DNA of 62,140 nt, filler included, from Choristocarpus tenellus KU-1152 (lineage: Eukaryota > Protista > Phaeophyceae), in NCBI GenBank assembly GCA_964200185.2. It is 11 parts of 11 records of this genome, joined end to end, with 100 filler letters (N's around TTAATTAATTAA, not from the genome) between each part and the next. Parts side by side here need not be neighbours in the genome. Positions count along the whole stretch, not along the records: positions 10,588 to 15,416 come from CAXNAD020012911.1; positions 15,517 to 19,661 come from CAXNAD020015994.1; positions 19,762 to 28,571 come from CAXNAD020004305.1; 8 more parts are not named here. One strand, 5' to 3'. The translations under genes were made by a program, and so were the position numbers. The notes beneath the pieces were generated by a model. That model did no database searches, had not been told where the DNA came from, and worked only from the letters and a program-made list of their open reading frames with translations. Shown in pieces: positions 12,144 through 24,799 of the stretch (position 1 is its first letter; every line of letters begins with the position of its first letter).

Positions 12144-13261
12144 CTGGTTTCCCGCTGTTCCCATTGCCTCCTTCCTGTCCCCCACCCCCATCACCAGTTT
12201 TTCCAGCAGCCTCCATCTCCCTCATGCGCTGGCCTGTCCGAATTGCCCAAGTGGGGTGAACATTACACGTGGAGCGGATGGCAGGAGTCGGCGAAGAAAA
12301 ATCAATGGCCTTGACCAAAGGTCCAGGTGCTCTCGCCGAGGCAAGAAGTATAACGAAATACTGCACGAGCTATAAGGAGAGCAAGGAGGTGATTTGGAAA
12401 GAATGACGGAGAACAATTCAAAATTGGACCAGATCTAATGTCGGCTTAGTGACGGATACATCGCATGTGGATGGAAGCATACTTACTGATTTTCGAGGGA
12501 ACACATAGATGTCTGTGTATGATGACACTTGCTTTCTCAGATCAAAGAAGCAGCGGAAGGCATATTTCTGTAGTCCGAATCTAACCGCATTCCGCATCGC
12601 CTACAACTCCTTTTGCCTTTTGCTTACTTTGTTTACCAGGCACAACGAAGGTGTGGAGAGGGATTTAGTCACCATTCCCACATGATACTGCGCTATGTGC
12701 AGAATCCCGTACAACAGCCAGCAGTTCTGTGGTTAGGCAGTGAAGTCGAAATGGATAGGGTTGTACCTATCCTGGACAACGTCAACGGACAATATCATTG
12801 GACAATGTCATTCGAAAAAAACACATACATGCCAACTACTCGGCGTTCAAACGTACACATGGAAGGGAGGTAGTGGTGCTGGATAGACCCAAGCTGATCC
12901 TGCGACTTAAGTCGACCTCATTATGTCTGCCGTAGAATATGCATAATTAACTACCTACCCTGGAATAGCACAAAAAGTTGACTCAGCAAGGGAAGTTGTG
13001 TGCCAGCAAATCAGCTACCCTTCGTGACAACGATGCAACTAGTTCAACACTGACGGATCAACACTGACCAGCTCGGACGAGATAGCGAAGTCCAGTCGCC
13101 ACAACCGCCACCGCCAAAGCACCCCCGATCAGTGGAAGCACCTCCTTCCTAGCCGTTGGGTGAAATTCCCTAGAGTACACTGCCAAAGATGGATGCACTC
13201 TTCGCCGTCTTCCAATGGAACGACCAATACGTCCGCCAGCAATCGCCTGTCGGAACGACAT
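12144..13261 (-). CDS. Mitochondrion-targeted membrane-anchored protein, 5' exons only (Pam18/TIM14-like or stramenopile Hsp70-like N-terminus)
   Basis: Exons 13261-13069 and 12233-12144 (GT-AG, phase 1/1): MSFRQAIAGG...REFHPTARKEVLPLIGGALAVAVVATGLRYLVRA/GQRMREMEAAG... Arg-rich presequence, FHxT motif and one hydrophobic helix. Downstream exons not located. Confidence 0.7.
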
Positions 13262-13936
13262 TATTGTCTCAGGTCGAGCCTTTCAGATGATTTTTTCTCC
13301 TCGAATCACGTCGGATACAGCACAACGACCTTCCAGCTAAAACAGGACGAGATCGCCAGGTAAAAAGAAGGTCGTACCAGGTGCGTCGTATGCCTTGCAA
13401 GGTTTTGAGGGTAGAGGATGATGGTCGACCGTCCGTCCGGTTATTTGAAATTACCTGTAACCCTCCAATTCGTATGGAAAAAAAAAAACTGGCTTCCGTG
13501 TTAAGCTCGAACACCCTTCATTTTCTGTGTGTTACGGAAATGATAGAGGACAAAAACACCACTTAATTTGAGTTTCGATAGATCTCACTGAATGATTGAG
13601 GGAAGTCAGTCGTTCCAGATGATAGAGTCAGTTGGAATGCTCTGATTGGACAGAAGTGTCACCGCCATGAGTTATGCACGTCAGCTCGTATGGATGACAT
13701 AGTCTTTTTGGTGGTTCAATTCAAGGTTTAAGCCTCACTGACTCACTCAATATTTGATTGTGAAAGGCTAAGGCTGAGTCTAGGATGTAATGAGAAAAAA
13801 TCGATCATTGTTTACACTGTGGGGACCTCTTCGTTGTTGGGTCTTAGTCTGGCTCTTGTCGAGCTAGGGTTCCATCACATTTGGCGTCATCAGAGCAGGG
13901 TCCACACCTGCTCGGTTGATATCTTTGTGTCGAGAA

Positions 13937-15379
13937 TGTTAAAACATAGCCTACTCTTACTGATTCATATACACAGTTCATTATCATTACATTGTGACGA
14001 CTGTCCTGTTCCTTAGTAATGTTCCCTTTTTGTTAGACTGCACAGCCACATCCATACCTCCTGTGTATGGACTTGTATTATTTATTCCCAGCATTCACTG
14101 CTCACTCTGTAGAATGGTCATTGTTCTTGTTCATGACTTGGTAGTCTGCACCTGGCATAAAAAGTCAGTACGTCACCACCTACGTGACACCTAGTCGTTG
14201 ACACAGTCGTGATACTTGTTTCTTCTTTGATAGTTGAGACGGAGAAGCTGACTCTGACGTCTGACTCTTGCACCAATAGCTCAAAGTTATCGACCACACC
14301 TTTTTACATTAAAATATGCATCGATGCACACCTGGATGGAATAAATTAATATTTAATACATCCACACTACGTTTATCAAAAGGTATCGAGCCTCTACTAA
14401 GAGCATGTATCACTATCCAGCACTACACAGCACTGGTTAGTGCTATGCTGTACAGCATCAATAAAGTCTCTTCGCAGAGCACATCAATAGAATTTCCATA
14501 TTGCATTTCATCAGTGCTTTCAGTGCACTGGGTCATCTCTTTACTACCACAAGATTCCAATCCCCTGCACAGATCACTTTAACTGAATTAGCACATCATT
14601 GTCGATCTATACTTCATATCACAAATTCGTCAAATTCAATATTTCAACAGGTTATGAGCCTTGTAGATCTGATCCACTAACAAGGGCACTTATACCACGA
14701 CTACATCCATCCCTCATCCTTAGACTAACCTCATCTCCATCACCACAGATCGGAAGCTTAAAATCTCTATCTTTTCAGATAACAACTGAGCCAAAGCATT
14801 TAAGAGGGTAGGGTCGCGTTCATTTAGGGTGATAAGTCCAATGTTGCGATTATGATTAATTTTGGTCATCATGTTAGCAAGTGTCCATATCCTTGCTCTG
14901 CGGGCACACCTTTCATTGTCTTATGCGTTTAGGTAACTGGGTTCACACAGAAAATCGGAAAAGAGCACAAAAAAAAAGTGGGAAGCCAAGCCCCAAACGG
15001 ACAAAGAGGGCAAAACTCCTACCCTCTAAAAGGCTTTGGGTCAAATCTGCCTGGCATGCTCACAAGCTGATCTTCGTGGGGATCCCAAGCCGTGTTGCGC
15101 AGGTCCTGATTCAATCCCGCCCTTGCCCTTGCCCTTGCTTTTTCCCCATCCCTCATGCTCTACCTGCCACCGGCGCTGTGTCACGTCTACATCTATTGCC
15201 CCTGCTCCTGCCACTGCCTCCTCCTCCTCTACCACCACTCCTGCCGAGTGCCCCTGCACCAAGGACAATGATCAACACTTTGACATCCTGCTCGCCACCT
15301 GCCAAGGCCCTGTGAAAGATATTCTTCATGGTCTCCAGACATGCGATGAATACATGCCAAAGGACAGGCTCGCAGCCTG
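13937..15379 (+). mobile_element. 5' end of a degenerate Copia LTR retrotransposon: LTR 13937-14649, PBS 14650-14660, gag relic to ~15379 (interrupted by MITEs)
   Basis: TGTT...TTCAACA LTR immediately followed by GGTTATGAGCC (copia-type PBS, cf. GGTTATGGGCC). Gag-like DQHFDILLATCQGPVKDIL...DRLAAW follows. Confidence 0.7.
14788..15042 (+). mobile_element. MITE family A, full length (255 bp)
   Basis: TIRs GAGCCAAAGCATTTAAGAGGGTAG / CTACCCTCTAAAAGGCTTTGGGTC, flanks AACT/AAAT. Internal sequence aligns with 37780, 54267 and 55613. Confidence 0.85.
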
Positions 15380-15416
15380 GGGTCAAAGTATCTTGGGGGG
15401 GGGGGTGGTTTGTGAG
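15380..15416 (+). mobile_element. MITE family B, terminal fragment at contig end
   Basis: GGGTCAAAGTATCTTGGGGGGG... runs into the linker. Confidence 0.7.
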
Positions 15417-15516
15417 NNNNNNNNNNNNNNNNNNNNNNNNNNNNNNNNNNNNNNNNNNNNTTAATTAATTAANNNNNNNNNNNNNNNNNNNNNNNNNNNN
15501 NNNNNNNNNNNNNNNN

Positions 15517-15579
15517 ATCACAACATTGTATTTTGATCCCAAAATGGACGCGGCTCTACCCTCTAAGATACTTTGGCTC
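15517..15579 (-). mobile_element. MITE family A, terminal 63 bp at contig start
   Basis: Minus strand GAGCCAAAGTATCTTAGAGGGTAGAGCCGCGTCCATTTTGGG..., near consensus. Confidence 0.85.
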
Positions 15580-17346
15580 GGATGAGCTTTTCGAGTGCAG
15601 CAGCATCACCTTGGTGCTGAATGCTAAAATAGGCTCCAAGAAATAGACCCCCTGGTTGCAAGTGCAAGCCTTGCAGCTTCCACACTAGTGACTCAATGAG
15701 CAGCCAGACATTTGTCTGACTCGTGGCCGTGGAGCATATTAGAGTATTTTCCAAAAAAGGCTTAGATGCTTGGCGGATTACCCACGGGCACATCTCATTG
15801 GTTCCATTTTACAGTTTTCTATTGCCTAGTCTGTACACCCCTAGCGCCCCCAAGCAACCAGCTGAAGTGGCTTGGTCAGTCAAGTTCGGCAACGGTTTGG
15901 TTGCTCACCTCCCTCTCCCTTTTCATCTCTTCCAGTGTCGTGTAGCGCTGCCGTGAGAGCATTTCTTTCAAACTGTGCAGCTTTTTGTTCACTTTGTTTT
16001 CCATCTCTTGCAGGCCCGCAATCGCTGCTCCAGTTCGCTCTGATCCGTCCCTCATCCGTTCCATTGAGACCTTCTTGATCAAAATGTTATTGGTGATACA
16101 TGAGGGATTAGTTTTTTTTTTATTTCTCTTTTGTAAACTGTGAGCAATGCCAAGAGTAAATTGAGAAGAAAGTTAATGTAACATGAGGTTCTAGGCCCAT
16201 AATACCATGCATCATGTCGCAAGCAACAAGTAGAATGCAACCGTCCTCTAGAGACTTCTATGGTTTCTATGAAGCACTGCAGTTAGTTGTCTCTGTATCA
16301 AGTACAGAACTCATTACAGCAAGTAGGTAAGCACTGAAGCATAGATAACTTGGTGCTAACACAAACTATTATTCCGGACTACAGAGAAGCGTCCATTCAC
16401 CTCATCGTTGGCATCAACCCAAGCTCTGAGGTTATCCGTTCCTATGTTCTCCAAAAACCTGGCAAAGTTCTCGAGGTCCACCCTCCCTTGATCTTTGGTG
16501 CACTTGAACCTATTCAAGAGAATATCCACTTTTCTCATCACCTCCTAAAGCCGGCACAAGACAGGTAGACAATAATATGAGAGATTCAGAGCAGTCTTGG
16601 TTAGATCTGTTCGTTTATTGTTTCTACCTTTCTATTGTCAATCCGTGAATTCTGACAGAGCCCCACTTCTGACACAGAGAATGCAAAATAAGGTGTTCTG
16701 GTAAGAAATGGCAATAACCAGTCAACCAGGTTCATGCACATTGTTATTCTTGTCATTCCCAATCAGTTCAACACGATTACTTGTTGTGTCTTAGACCGCT
16801 TCAACCTACTTCCACAAGAAAAATTGTCTATATCAAAAACAGTAATCAACCTACCTCTGTTGAGCAATGTTCATTTACCTACAATACTACGTAATGCGTA
16901 GCATATCCATGAACATTGTCGGACAGACTCGAAGCAGAACCTGCGGCAAATTATTATTACGACTTTCGACCTTGAGTGTAAGATATTCATCACTGATGTA
17001 CAGTATCTCAGGGTGAGTTGATCTTGGCCGGCAATGCATGTACAACCTTTTTCTCTGCCCCTTCCAATTGGTCTTTTTTGTCCTGAAGGGGAAATTCGTC
17101 CTCCAGCTGGTTACCAAGTTCACCGAACATGCTGGACACGCCGTTTGTCTCACCCCAACCGGATGTGTTGGGGCGCACTCCCTCAGCATTTTCAATCCCC
17201 AACCAGATCGGACTGATTGCGGTCAGATTGTCTAGCTTGCTATCGAGCTTCTTGGTCGTGTTTGCTAGATCGTTGAATTCGAATACTTCGAACCTTGATG
17301 TTGGGTCCGACCAAGGACACATGGTCGGAGACGCCGGTGCTATCAT
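15572..17346 (-). CDS. Hypothetical coiled-coil protein, 5' part (3' end beyond contig)
   Basis: Exons 17346-17047, 16544-16401, 16073(or 16070)-15909 and probably 15616-15572, all phase 0 with GT/AG: MIAPASPTMCPWSDP...AEKK/EVMRKVDILL...DANDE/KVSMERMRD...EEMKRERE/HQGDAAALEKLIRAK. Start codon uncertain. Confidence 0.7.
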
Positions 17347-17910
17347 GAGCAAGATATCTCCTTTGCAAGCGGCCAACGTGCTACCGAAAGGTCAAACGAG
17401 TAAACCAGCAATGTAGGGACTGGACTGGTTCTGAACTAGGAATAACTAGTATTGTGTTGTTGTCCTTGCATGTCGCATGTGGTTGGCAGACTTTCACGAT
17501 CGTAAATTGAGAGGTGCAAGCTCAAAGAAGGCAACGGCGTGGGGTATGATCTGTGCTGTCAGTAATAGTTGTGGAGTTTCCACAATGCATGAGGAGGAAT
17601 GTGAGGATGACTGTCCTTCTGAGTGGTGGAAGGGGAATGACGAATGACGAATGACGAATGACGACTGGCGAACCTGTCTGGCAGTTATACTCTTTTCATG
17701 TAAGCAATCAGTAAGCCTTTCATACAGGTAGGATCGGAGGCGTCGGCGTCCATATTATACCCCCACTATATAATAACCAAGATATACACAAAATTTTAAC
17801 ACATCTCCACATCACATTGTCTTAATTGTCTACATCTCTACTACTATTGACATGTTTTGTTTCTATCCATAACCCGCTTTTAACTGAACTCACCTGGGTG
17901 GCAGAACCTT
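17347..17910. promoter_or_regulatory. Probable bidirectional promoter region between divergent genes, containing a GAATGAC x4 tandem repeat (~17635-17662)
   Basis: About 560 nt separate the two ATGs on opposite strands. Confidence 0.45.
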
Positions 17911-19280
17911 ATGTGCAAGATGATGGCGCAATATTTTGGGCTGGCAGTCTGTCTTATGGGGTGCTCCTCTGGTTTGGCATTCTCCTTTTTTAAAGGATCT
18001 CATCTACCCCACCCATTCATCCCTGCCATTTCCTCCAATAGTGCTAACTGCAACATTGAGAGACGAGGTCGAATTTTCAGCAATGCCCATGCGCCAATAA
18101 TGAGGTTTGGCTTGACCTCGTCAGTGATCGAAACTGTCGCCACCAGCATTCTCAACTTGGCGCTAGCCAACCCGAGACAAGCTTCCATCGATTGCCATAT
18201 CAGCAGTTCAGCCATGGGCCTCCTTCAAGGCAATTTGGACGAGGCTAAGATTGACGGGTGAGCCTGAAGGGAAAGAGGCACCGTGGAATCGATTACCTTG
18301 TGTTTCACACTTTGTTCAATTTCTAATAGATTACGTGGCATATTTGAAACTTACCGAAAAAGGTTTCGTGTAATGGCTGATCACAAGAGTGTACTACTCT
18401 GTCGGCGACGCTGTTTTTTTCGCTCAGTTGAGGTCAGCTCTATGACCCGGTAGTTATTTTAGGTTCACAAGCCCGAAACTGACGCCTCGAGCTCCATCGT
18501 CCAGGAGAAATTGGGTTACCCCGATGGGCATGACCATGCGGTCCATAGCCCTCAACCTCGAAGGCATGAAGATCAAGCCTCAAGACGTCTTTCGTGGTAA
18601 AATTTCCTTCAAGTGAGTCCTCTGAACGTGATCACCACACCACAGCTTGATTACCTGAATTCTGTCTGATGCGTTTCACGCCTCTCTTCAACCCGTCCTC
18701 CGTAGCCTGCGCACACATGTCTTTTAAATATCCGTGCAGTGGTGGTTAGACACAAGCAAAACAAAGCGTAACCGCCGTCCAATAAGGACGCGGCATATTT
18801 TTTTTCAAGTACCTATTTTTCTCTTGCCTTTAAAACTTGTTCGACATCCCCCTGGCGTCCCTCACATGTTTCCAATCCTATACCAACGACCATACTCATA
18901 TATGAGGCGGCCAGCAGAAGGGAGGGCCATTCTGCACCTTGATGCACAAGATTTCGGCAACTTCTTGGTTCACCCTTTGCTTGGTGTGGCCAACCTGCGA
19001 AGGTGTGACATTTTGGGGATCGCTTTTCGTTACATCGTACTCACTGTAAGGCGCCTCTTGTCCTGTGATTACTGGGGTGGAAATGTATGCGCACTGTAGA
19101 CACCTGCGCCGATTGGTGAGCAGGTAGGTGCTTCACACAACCAACACCTCGATCGTCAAGTTTGAAGCGTTTTAATACGATCTTTAAAGAGAACCGAACA
19201 AAATCGCACCCATTTCTCATTCATTTTCACACTCAGTGCAGCTCTCTATCACTATCTCAATCTCTATCTCTATCTCTCTC

Positions 19281-19341
<61 letters not shown>

Positions 19342-19526
19342 AGAACTTGCGCCCTGAATCTCTTTTCTTTTCTTTTTTTCTTTTCTTTTGCTGCCCTGAA
19401 TCTGTCCAGTGGTCAATTCCGCTTCCTCCGTGAAGGTACAATCCTGGAGCCTGAGACAGGACACATCAAATTTCGTGGTGTGTGGCAAAACCAGCTCGTG
19501 GTGTTGAAGGCTTGCCAACCTGAGAG
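17911..19526 (+). CDS. Plastid-targeted DUF2993/LmeA-like protein, 3'-truncated by contig end
   Basis: Exons 17911-18257, 18505-18612, 18907-19002, 19410-19526 (all phase 2, GT-AG). Signal peptide ending GLA-F (ASAFAP-like). Motifs LLQG..D.A.IDGRNWVTPMG.T.R and PAEG.A....AQDFGNFLVHPL resemble algal DUF2993 proteins. Confidence 0.8.
19240..19340. repeat. (TC)n/(TCTCTA)n microsatellite in an intron
   Basis: Direct inspection. Confidence 0.9.
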
Positions 19527-20467
19527 GTGAATTTTTTATTTTTTTTTTAAAGATCTCTCTTTTTTTTTTTTTTTTTTTTTTTTTTTCCTTGTCTTTTAAC
19601 AATTAATTTTTTCTTTTATTACTTTTTTTTTTATTTAATTTTAATAAAAATAAAAAAAAAANNNNNNNNNNNNNNNNNNNNNNNNNNNNNNNNNNNNNNN
19701 NNNNNTTAATTAATTAANNNNNNNNNNNNNNNNNNNNNNNNNNNNNNNNNNNNNNNNNNNNGTCAAATATCGCACAATACCTTGACTTCCGTGTAACCTC
19801 CTTCTTTGGGGTGCGGGGGTTGCAACACCTCAAGGAGTTGGGTCACGCTCTCTCCTCACCACATACAACCCCTAAAAGGTCAGTTCTCTCAGGCTTAAAT
19901 TTTTATGATAAATTGGGGTAAGGTTACATGATTATTACTACTTCGTGTGAGATCGCGGGATTGGGGATAGGGGAATTGATACCCACACTTTCTCATCACT
20001 TCTCGTACTACTGAAGACCATAAATCGCCCCTGTGCCTAGACCATTCTCTCACGATCCTAGATGTGGGGCATTTTTACCTTAATGGGAATACTACATAGG
20101 AACAAACAAATAATGAGAAAAAAGGTTCAATGGTTCGCGCATGTATGTGTCACGGGACCTAAATCGTATCTCTACTATCTTACAATTACCAGATTGTAGT
20201 GCCTACTACTACAAAAATTTGTATGCGTTAAGCATGATCCCATCTTATGTGAGGACCATAGAAAATCTTTTACGACAAATCCAACGAGGTGGTCTGGATC
20301 GGGAACATCTAATTGTCCAATTTCCAATCTGAACCAACTCATTTATTGTTTCACACAAATCTGGGTTCGATGGACTACGTTGGAAGTACAACATAGTACC
20401 TATGTTTTTGAGAGTTGAAAGTAGTCGAAATGACTAAAACAAATGGGAAGGAGTTGCCATCATTGAC

Positions 20468-22378
20468 ATGGAGATCACTACCTACCATTTCTTCGCCGCC
20501 TTGCTGCTGGGTGTCACAACTACCCTTGCGACACTGAGCATCCCGCCGATCCCTTTGGACAAAGATGGGCATGTGATGTTTCGACGGGGGTCGTCATCCG
20601 CTGTCCTAAAGGTTGGCTGGCACACACAACGCGATAGAGTTAGCCCCTCTCTTCGCAGACCGTGCCAAACACCAGAAACTTTATCGTAGGGAGTGGGTGT
20701 GCTGTAGCGTTGCGCTTTGCCCTTGTAATTACTAAAAGGGCCGCTCTGAATGACCAGGTGGAGATCTATTTGGACTTGACCTGCTCCGATTGCCAAGAGA
20801 TTTGGCCGACAATGATGGAAGTGGTCGGGGAGTATGGCGATCGTGTGGAATTCTTATTCCGCCTGTTCCCCCTTCCCTACCACCAAAACGCCTTCATCGC
20901 CGCACAGGTGAAAATAGAATCCTCACTTCATGTCCCAACTTGTAGACTGTCGCTTATTTTGAATTGCATGTTACTAGTGTTAGGTAACGACTTCCTCGTA
21001 GATCTCACATCTACCCATTGTCATAGGACACTTACCTTGTGCCCCTTTGGAGAAGCAATATCTTTCAGGTCCAAGCCCTAGATGTACTTGTCCCAAGCTC
21101 CTCGTATGGTAGAGCCCAGGATATGTGATAGTATTTTACAAGTACTTTTTATTAGATGGGTCTATACTTTCACATGAAGTGAGAAGAATCGCACCTACCA
21201 GTAAACTGCAAGCTGAAGTAGAACATGGGACATGTAACCCAACGCTGAACCTGGTACACATCATAGATCCAGTCCATTACACAAAAGTCATACACCCCAC
21301 AACACATGTTTGTAGGCGGCGCAAGTGGTTTACGCCCACTCCTGCAGCGACGAGGAGGTGGAGTCTTTCGTCCAGCTTGTGTTTGACCACCAGGAAGACG
21401 TGCTAAATGATGCCACAGTGGGATTGACACCCCCTGAGATCGAGGCTCTGTTTGCCCCTTGGGCCATGTCAGCCACAGTTGGGATGACATCTGATGAATA
21501 TCTAAGGTAAAGGGTGATGTGAGACTTGCAATCTCCACGAGATTGAGGTTTGGCTGTGGTATTACTAAGTCTGCACTGTGACTTGATGGCCATGGGGTTT
21601 AAGACACCAAATCAATATCACTGAGACCACCACTATATGCTGGTGCCATTGTAGAGTATAAGTTTCATTGACTTTCTACCAAAAGATATTTTCTGTCAAT
21701 TGGCAAAGCCTCTCTTTTTATATCCTAGGTTGGGATACTGAATCAATCGCATTTACTAGGCTTCACTATGAATGTTGCGAGTGCTTTGATGACCAAAAGT
21801 GTACTATGAGCACACCAAGACATCATGACATGCACACATTGCTCCAGAGTAGTGAGCATACACTCCAGTGGTAGGATTTCGTTTGATGTACTCTCAGCCC
21901 TCCTCTCATCACAAAGGAGACGGTACAGACCCTCAGTTTTGGGACAAAGCTCGAGAAATTTCTGAAGGTGGCGAGATCTTCTCAGTTCATATCTTCTACT
22001 TCAGTTGTGATTGAACCATGCCACTACACAAGTACACAAGGTACCGTTTCAAATTTTATCTCCCAATCCTAGTCTCTATGTCGTAAGAGTTATAATATTG
22101 GTGGTCACTTGTCATCTCCTGCCTACCTGTTCTCCTCTCTCCACACTTACATCCCCAGAGGCATGGCTGACTCTACATTGAACCTGAAGGCCCGCAATGA
22201 GTTCAAGTATGCCTGCCTCCATCAGGTTTATGGCACGCCTACAGTGTTATTGGGGGGGGTAAGGGTGGAGACTCTGGAATCCTCGAATGCATCACAGCAG
22301 GTGTGGAAATCTATTCTTGATGAGTTGCTCAAACCAGAAGGAAGACAGTGGGAAGAGGGTGGGTGGATCTGGCCATAG
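20468..22378 (+). CDS. Secreted DsbA-like thioredoxin-fold protein (CxxC = CSDC), complete, 234 aa
   Basis: Exons 20468-20611, 20758-20907, 21316-21506, 22159-22378 (705 nt, GT-AG, phases consistent, TAG stop). Signal peptide, YLDLTCSDC, FPLPYH and the cis-Pro motif VYGTPT. Confidence 0.92.
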
Positions 22379-24799
22379 ATTTTGCCTGTGGAAAATTTTA
22401 TGGGGGAAAGGGGGGAGGAGGGTTGGGGATTGTGCTGGTTGTCTAAGGGGGACAGGACTTGGCTTGTAGGAAGGAATTGTTGTGTTAGTGCTAGGGTTGT
22501 TGCACAGTCGTTTGTTGTCGCACTCTGGTATCTCTTAAATATAGGGGGGTTGTTCGTTGCTTGTCCCCAATACTTCTGGAGTCCGGTTGGAAGGATCACC
22601 GCATGCAGCGAGTGATGCAACAAATTGATATCTTGGAAGGCGTATTGCCTTTCATAGGAATAGAGAGCGTGGGCTATCACCGCCCTGCACATAGTTGTGT
22701 GCTTTCTATCTTTTTCAATAAAGTAGAATTTCCCGTTCGTACATGCATGGAACATTTTTTTCTATTTTTGTTTTTGTTTTTGGTATGTTGTGTTGCATTG
22801 ATGAATGAACTAGTCTCTGCGCAGTGTGGATTGTCTTTTTTTTTATTTCTTTTTTAGTATGGTAGTTGGAAAGGCGCTGTACTACGGCAGCGCTGTTGTA
22901 GTGGTTTTCTATCGACCTGCCAATGATATCTACTTCATGACCTGCAGTATCCATTTTAATGATCGTAGTATGATACACATCTGGGCTTCCATTTTTTGTT
23001 TGTTTGTTTGTTTATTTGTCTGCTCTGTTGTGTTTGGAGATGTTCTATTCGCCACGTTTGTGTCGAGTTGATTTCAACTACCTGTAGTACTTTAAGCATT
23101 GGCGTTATCATTTGAGATTAGGGTTAGGGTTAACCGCGCCTTTGTGTGTATGGTATAGTACCAACTCCAATTTCAGGCCGCTGCAAAGCAGTGATCCTAT
23201 TGAATGTAGACTGTGTTACATCCTCTATCTGTCGACGGTTTTGTTGATGGGAAGACAAGGGGATGTTGTTGTGCGTAACCCTTGCAATCCTACCCCAGTC
23301 CTCTTATCAGAGTTGAATTTGGATTGGTTAGGGTTTGTTTCTTTTTCAGTGTGTACTGTGACTGGCTGGGAATCCTACCTGTCGTGCCTTTTCAAAGTAA
23401 AAAGATGAATTGAAATTGGGAATGAGGAGAAGGCCTTGGATGTGGCTGCTTTTTAGAATGGGGCCCATCAACTGCTCATGGAATATTGACGGATTTGCTC
23501 TAGAGAAGCAACTGCAGTTGATTTGCCCAATAGCAGCATTTGCGCTCGCTCTGAGAAACTGTTCGTATCACGTACAAACATCAGTGAAAGGTAACATACT
23601 CCAAGTACCCAGTTATGATTAGCAATGGAAGGGTGGAATAACTGTAGGTGCACGAGGGGTGTGTTGATGGAAGGATGGTCACCTGAGCAATGAACTACCC
23701 TTTCCATTTCTCAAGGTGTGCCAGCGCTTTGTATTTTTTCATGATTGTGGGGCAGACAACTTGCTCAAACGGAAAATAATTTTATTTTTGTAAATAACCA
23801 AATCTTGACTGCTCGAGGTCTCGGGTGCCACGTTAAGAACTGAGTTGCGAACTGATTAGGGTTGTTGCTTTGTGTACTGTAGAGATTGTTGAATTGACAT
23901 GGTGCTGAGGCTCTCACAGCTGGTGAGAAGAATATATATGATTGACCCTAATGCTGTTCCCTCTCTTGCCCTCCTCACCACATCTCGTATTGTTTTAATA
24001 GTTGAGCCAACTGCATGCATGGTGCGTCCTAGTGTCTGTCCACTTGAAGTATTGTAATCATGTTCAGAATGCGAGGAAGGATAATTGTGTACACATCATA
24101 TTTTGATCTTGTTGTCTGCTGTGTTGACTTTTGACACGTACACATGCTTGTGTTTTCATGCATGAGAGTGTTATCAAAATTATTGTATGACACTCGTTTA
24201 GCAACCTCAGATCACAAACGCTAGTCAACAGTTTATTGACATTGTGTTATCATTTCCTACTTGTATCCCCATTCTGAGTATCCTCTATTTATACAAGATA
24301 CAAGAGACCTGTATGCTGGGCTCATATACCTCTCAACTTGTATTCAGGCTGATTAATATGCTGATCCCATGTCCTCAGACCTTGAGCACGAGCTTGATGT
24401 GATACCTACCACATCCCATCAACCTCACTCGTATTTAGGCTGACTGATATCCTAATCCCATACACTCAGACCTTCTAAGGTTGATTGGTATACTGACCAA
24501 ATGCCATCAATCTTTGGTTAATGATATCCTTACTAGGTACTCATTAATATCGTGTTTATATAATACTCTTCATTTCAAATTTATGAAGTTATGTAATATA
24601 ATGGTGCAATAGTATACTAACAAAGTCACAGCTGTGTCCCATTTTTCTCCCAGACCTCATTCTTTGGTTGACCTCGAATCATGTTTACATGGCTTTGAGG
24701 CTGACCAGAATGGGGGGTGATGCAAAAAGCAGGGTTGTTTTGTATCATACCGCCGTTGCCGTATGCTATATACCGCTACACCAATTGAGGTTCCTTGTC

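Noticed and set aside
22715-22978. FkbM-like methyltransferase motif (IIKMDTAGHEVDII)
   Set aside because: A single short resemblance with no supporting exons or other motifs.
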